NCBI GenBank assembly: GCA_041490605.1
Contig: JBGPTK010000001.1
Location: 1-46,506, forward strand
Length of the DNA: 46,506 bases
Direction: 5' to 3'
Source: Terriglobia bacterium
Lineage (GTDB): Bacteria > Acidobacteriota > Terriglobia > Acidiferrales > UBA7541
Of the stretch, positions 43,664 to 46,506 are shown piece after piece; the stretch's first letter is position 1; every line of letters starts with the position of its first letter. A program made the position numbers and the translations under genes. The notes beneath the pieces are model-generated. The model made no database searches and was not told where the DNA came from. It saw only the letters and a list, made by a program, of their open reading frames with translations.

Positions 43664-44047
43664 TCACACCCAATCCAGCGCGCCTTTCTTGTACAGCCAG
43701 ATATATCCCACCAATAAAATCCCGATGAAAACCAGCATGGTGACGAGCCCGTACATTCCCATCGCCTCGCCTTTGGTGGCTGAGATGGAGCCGTACTTGA
43801 TCGCCCAGGGGAACAGAAAAATCGTCTCCACGTCGAAAATCACGAACAGCATGGCGATGATGTAAAAGCGCACCGAATAGCGCCCGCGCGAGCTGCTTTC
43901 GGCCGGGACGCCGCATTCATAGGGCTTGAGCTTATCTCCCACCGCGTGCATGGTTGGCCGGATCAGCTTGAATACAAAGAGCGTGACGGCCGGAAACGCC
44001 GCCGCGAGTATCGCGAAAATAAAGATCGGAATGTATTGGCCTGGCAT
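43664..44047 (-). CDS. nuoA: NADH-quinone oxidoreductase subunit A (copy 2)
   Basis: 127 aa. YECGVP...FYIIAMLFVIFDVETIFLFPWA...LYKKGALDW. Confidence 0.92.
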   Translation of the reverse strand: MPGQYIPIFIFAILAAAFPAVTLFVFKLIRPTMHAVGDKLKPYECGVPAESSSRGRYSVRFYIIAMLFVIFDVETIFLFPWAIKYGSISATKGEAMGMYGLVTMLVFIGILLVGYIWLYKKGALDWV

Positions 44048-44211
44048 GGCGAACCCGAGATGCTAGCACACCGGCCAAGTCACATCCAGTGTGTTTGCAC
44101 AAAAATAGGAGTGGTTCACGTTGCTGCGGAGAGGACCAAAAAGATTTACCGCCGAGGCGCGGAGATCGCTGAGGAGAGTCGTAGGCGGAGCGCAATACTG
44201 CTGGGCGGCAG

Positions 44212-44919
44212 TTACGTGCGCGGCTTGCGCGCGGTCGTCCAGATGACGTGCGGTTTGGTCTTGCCGAAGAAGGGGCGCTTTTCGCCCGGGAAGGGGTCGA
44301 ACCATTCTGTGTTGAGGACTTCGAGGCCGGCTGCTTGCGTGAGGGCGCGAACTTCGCTGATCGTATATTTGCAGCCGCGCCAGGTATTTTTTTTTGTGAA
44401 AAGCTCGCGCATGGATTGCATCGCGCCTTCCCTGCGCCCGAAAAGATGAAATCGAAATATTCCGCCGGGCTTTAGGACGCGCTGCGATTCGTGAATGTAG
44501 CGGCGCACGATATCTTTGTCCGGGATGTGATGGAAGGTAATGAAGGAATAGACGAAATCGAAGGTGGCGTCGGAAAAGGGCAGCGAGCCGGAGCCGTCAA
44601 TTTCTGTGAAATCAATTTGTGGCAGATGGGCCAGCCTCTCGCGCCCCTGGCGCACCATTTCGCCGGAGATATCCACGCCGCTGACCGCGCGAAAATGCGC
44701 GGCCATAGGTTCAAGCAAGCGTCCCACACCGCAGCCGATTTCCAGCGCGCGGTCATGCGAAGGGAGCAGCGGCTCGACGTCTTCGAGAACGGTTTTCACA
44801 TCGCGTTCGCCGCTTGCGCGAAAGACCGATTCGTCGTCGGCATCGTCGCAAGCGATGTAATAGAGCGAGTTCTTTTTGGCCCGCTCGTTCCAATCCGCTT
44901 TCATGTCGAAGCGCTGCAT
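44212..44919 (-). CDS. Class I SAM-dependent methyltransferase
   Basis: 235 aa. Motif I ALEIGCGVGRLLEPMA, then SGVDISGEMV and FDFVYSFITFHH. Confidence 0.8.
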   Translation of the reverse strand: MQRFDMKADWNERAKKNSLYYIACDDADDESVFRASGERDVKTVLEDVEPLLPSHDRALEIGCGVGRLLEPMAAHFRAVSGVDISGEMVRQGRERLAHLPQIDFTEIDGSGSLPFSDATFDFVYSFITFHHIPDKDIVRRYIHESQRVLKPGGIFRFHLFGRREGAMQSMRELFTKKNTWRGCKYTISEVRALTQAAGLEVLNTEWFDPFPGEKRPFFGKTKPHVIWTTARKPRT

Positions 44920-44993
44920 GGCCCGCGATTATAGGCTACTCACCGCTGCGCAGCTACCCGCGAAGACCAGATTGCGTTTTATCCGGATAGGGA

Positions 44994-45470
44994 TTAGTCG
45001 TGGCGGGCGCCGTGCAGGACATCTACTGCGTGGGGCAATAAATCGGCTACGGTGTCGAGAGACTCCACCGCGCCTTTCGGGCTACCTGGTAAATTTACAA
45101 TGAGGGATTGGCGGCGGACTCCGGCCACGGCGCGCGATAGGACGGCGCGGGGAGTGGAGCGTTGGCCGGCGCTGCGCATCAATTCCGCGAGGCCGGGGAT
45201 TAGCTTGGTGGTGACGGCAGAGGTGGCTTCTGGAGTCACGTCGCGCGGACCAATGCCCGTTCCGCCCGCCGTCAAGATCAGATCCACCGTGCCCGAATCG
45301 GCCAATTCCGAAAGCACACCGCGAATGGCCGCTTCGTCGTCGGCAGCCACGCGGGTTGCGGAGACGGTCCAGCCGAGCGATTGGCAGCGCTCACGCACGG
45401 CCGGGCCCGAACGATCTTCTCGTTTCGATTGTGCTACGGAATCGCTGACGGTGACGATGGCCACGCGCAT
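44994..45470 (-). CDS. mog: Molybdenum cofactor biosynthesis protein MogA/MoaB family
   Basis: 158 aa. VAIVTVSD, DLILTAGGTGIGPRDVTPEAT, NLPGSPKG. Confidence 0.85.
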   Translation of the reverse strand: MRVAIVTVSDSVAQSKREDRSGPAVRERCQSLGWTVSATRVAADDEAAIRGVLSELADSGTVDLILTAGGTGIGPRDVTPEATSAVTTKLIPGLAELMRSAGQRSTPRAVLSRAVAGVRRQSLIVNLPGSPKGAVESLDTVADLLPHAVDVLHGARHD

Positions 45471-45478
45471 GGCCGAGG

Positions 45479-46231
45479 CTAGCTCTTCGCCGGGGTGGGA
45501 GTGGTTTCAGCGGCTTGATTCGATTCGTCCATCACGCGTAGCGCTTCCATTAATAGCGCGGTGGTGGAACAGGAGATGGTTTCGCGAGTCGGCGCTCCAT
45601 TGAAATCAATTTCGAATTCGCCGTCGTTCCAGCGCACGGCCTGCTGCACCGCCGCTTCGCCTTCGAGAGCGCCCAAGCGGGCGTCGCGGCACTGGCCGGA
45701 CGCGATGAACAGCTCACAAACGTCGCCCGCGTGGCGGATGGTCAGCTTGCATGACTTCTGCCCCATCTCGAGCGACTGCATTAGATCGAGAATACCCATT
45801 TCTTCCAGGCGGCCCTGAATCACTCCGGGGCGCGCCGCGTGCTGCTGCAATTTTTCCAGGCGCAAGCGGTCAATCACTTTCTTGGCGCTGCGCACCAGGT
45901 CTTTCACGAAAAACGGCTTGGGAATGAATTCTTCGACGCCTTCCACCAGCGGCCGCAATTTTTCTTCGATGTCGCCGCGGCTGGCCAGGAAAATGAACGG
46001 GACGTTTTTGCTTGCCGCGCGCCCGCGCAATTTTTCGAACAGTTGCCGCCCATCGATCCCCGGCATCCGGTAATCACACAGAACAATATCCGGCGGATCG
46101 TCCACGGCCTTGAGCAGCGCATCCGCGCCATCGCTGGCGGCGCACACTTCGCAGTGCGGCTCGAGACCCTTCGCGATCAGATCCCGGACGAGCGGGTTAT
46201 CGTCCACGACCAAAACTTTGACGTCCTTCAT
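45479..46231 (-). CDS. Response regulator: receiver domain plus C-terminal DUF4388 (PATAN-like) domain
   Basis: 250 aa from ATG 46231. [18 protein letters not shown]...DIVLCDYRMPGIDG...IPKPF (REC), then GILDLMQSLEMGQKSCKLTI...ELFIASGQCRDARLGALEGEAAV...WNDGEFEI (DUF4388-like). The upstream 90 aa of the ORF-track entry overlap moaC out of frame. Confidence 0.8.
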   Translation of the reverse strand: MKDVKVLVVDDNPLVRDLIAKGLEPHCEVCAASDGADALLKAVDDPPDIVLCDYRMPGIDGRQLFEKLRGRAASKNVPFIFLASRGDIEEKLRPLVEGVEEFIPKPFFVKDLVRSAKKVIDRLRLEKLQQHAARPGVIQGRLEEMGILDLMQSLEMGQKSCKLTIRHAGDVCELFIASGQCRDARLGALEGEAAVQQAVRWNDGEFEIDFNGAPTRETISCSTTALLMEALRVMDESNQAAETTPTPAKS

Positions 46232-46506
46232 CAGCGTCGATTGGGCCTGCCCGAGCGGGAACGCAAATAGTGCCCGCTCTTTCCGCCGAACTTTTCCACC
46301 AGATAAAGATCGGTTATTTCCATGCTGCGATCGAGCGCCTTGCACATGTCGTAAATCGTCAGCGCGGCCACGGAAGCAGCCACCAGCGCGGCCATCTCGA
46401 CGCCGGTCTGGGCCGTGGCGGTGACCTGCGACTCGATCTCCACTCCATTTTGGCACAGCTTCGCGGTCACATCCATGTGCGTAATTGGCAGGGGGTGACA
46501 AAGCGG
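46231..46506 (-). CDS. moaC: Cyclic pyranopterin monophosphate synthase MoaC (5' end outside the window)
   Basis: The frame stays open to the window edge. Motifs [13 protein letters not shown]...[29 protein letters not shown]...EKFGGKSG. Its stop overlaps the response-regulator ATG by 1 nt. Confidence 0.85.
   Translation of the reverse strand, partial: PLCHPLPITHMDVTAKLCQNGVEIESQVTATAQTGVEMAALVAASVAALTIYDMCKALDRSMEITDLYLVEKFGGKSGHYLRSRSGRPNRR

Noticed and set aside
45479-46501. A 340-aa ORF-track entry that suggests one long protein.
   Set aside because: It is a composite. The first 90 residues are an out-of-frame read across moaC, whose own frame shows [10 protein letters not shown]...GGKSG. 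The real response regulator starts at ATG 46231.

Overview
This is a high-GC chromosomal segment; hand counts of a few sample lines give about 60-65% GC. The gene content and the kinase architecture suggest an Acidobacteriota-like soil bacterium, which is inference only.

Content from left to right:
(i) A stress or dormancy-type block: two tandem-domain universal stress proteins, ATP-type phosphofructokinase, an eRF1-like (baeRF-type) protein with a C-terminal zinc ribbon, a small membrane protein and a CBS-pair protein. A GTGAC-N4-GTCAC palindrome is shared by both divergent promoter regions of this block.
(ii) A Ser/Thr kinase with a TM segment and a TPR sensor region.
(iii) A ~3.3-kb lower-GC island (an orphan small ORF plus a secreted S8 subtilase) bracketed by an imperfect ~76-bp direct repeat. 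The left repeat copy is itself split by a 273-bp hairpin-rich insertion.
(iv) A LytS-type histidine kinase, ribA, an SRPBCC protein, an aromatic amino-acid decarboxylase, and an unknown protein translationally coupled to ThiS.
(v) Two diverged, convergently oriented NADH:quinone oxidoreductase operons. One is nuoA-C-D-EF(fused)-G-H-J-K-L-M-N on the + strand. The other is nuoA-C-D-H-J-K-L-M-N on the - strand and runs straight into atpZ-atpI-atpB-atpE. Both cleanly lack nuoB and nuoI.
(vi) A methyltransferase, mog, a REC-DUF4388 response regulator and a partial moaC.

I recognised no rRNA, tRNA, CRISPR array, transposase or integrase. Three families of short intergenic hairpin or repeat elements are present.

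The most unusual observations are the parallel absence of the two Fe-S connector subunits (NuoB, NuoI) from both nuo operons, the eRF1-like stress module with a shared operator motif, and the repeat-bracketed protease island. All product calls rest on motif recognition by eye; no database search was possible.
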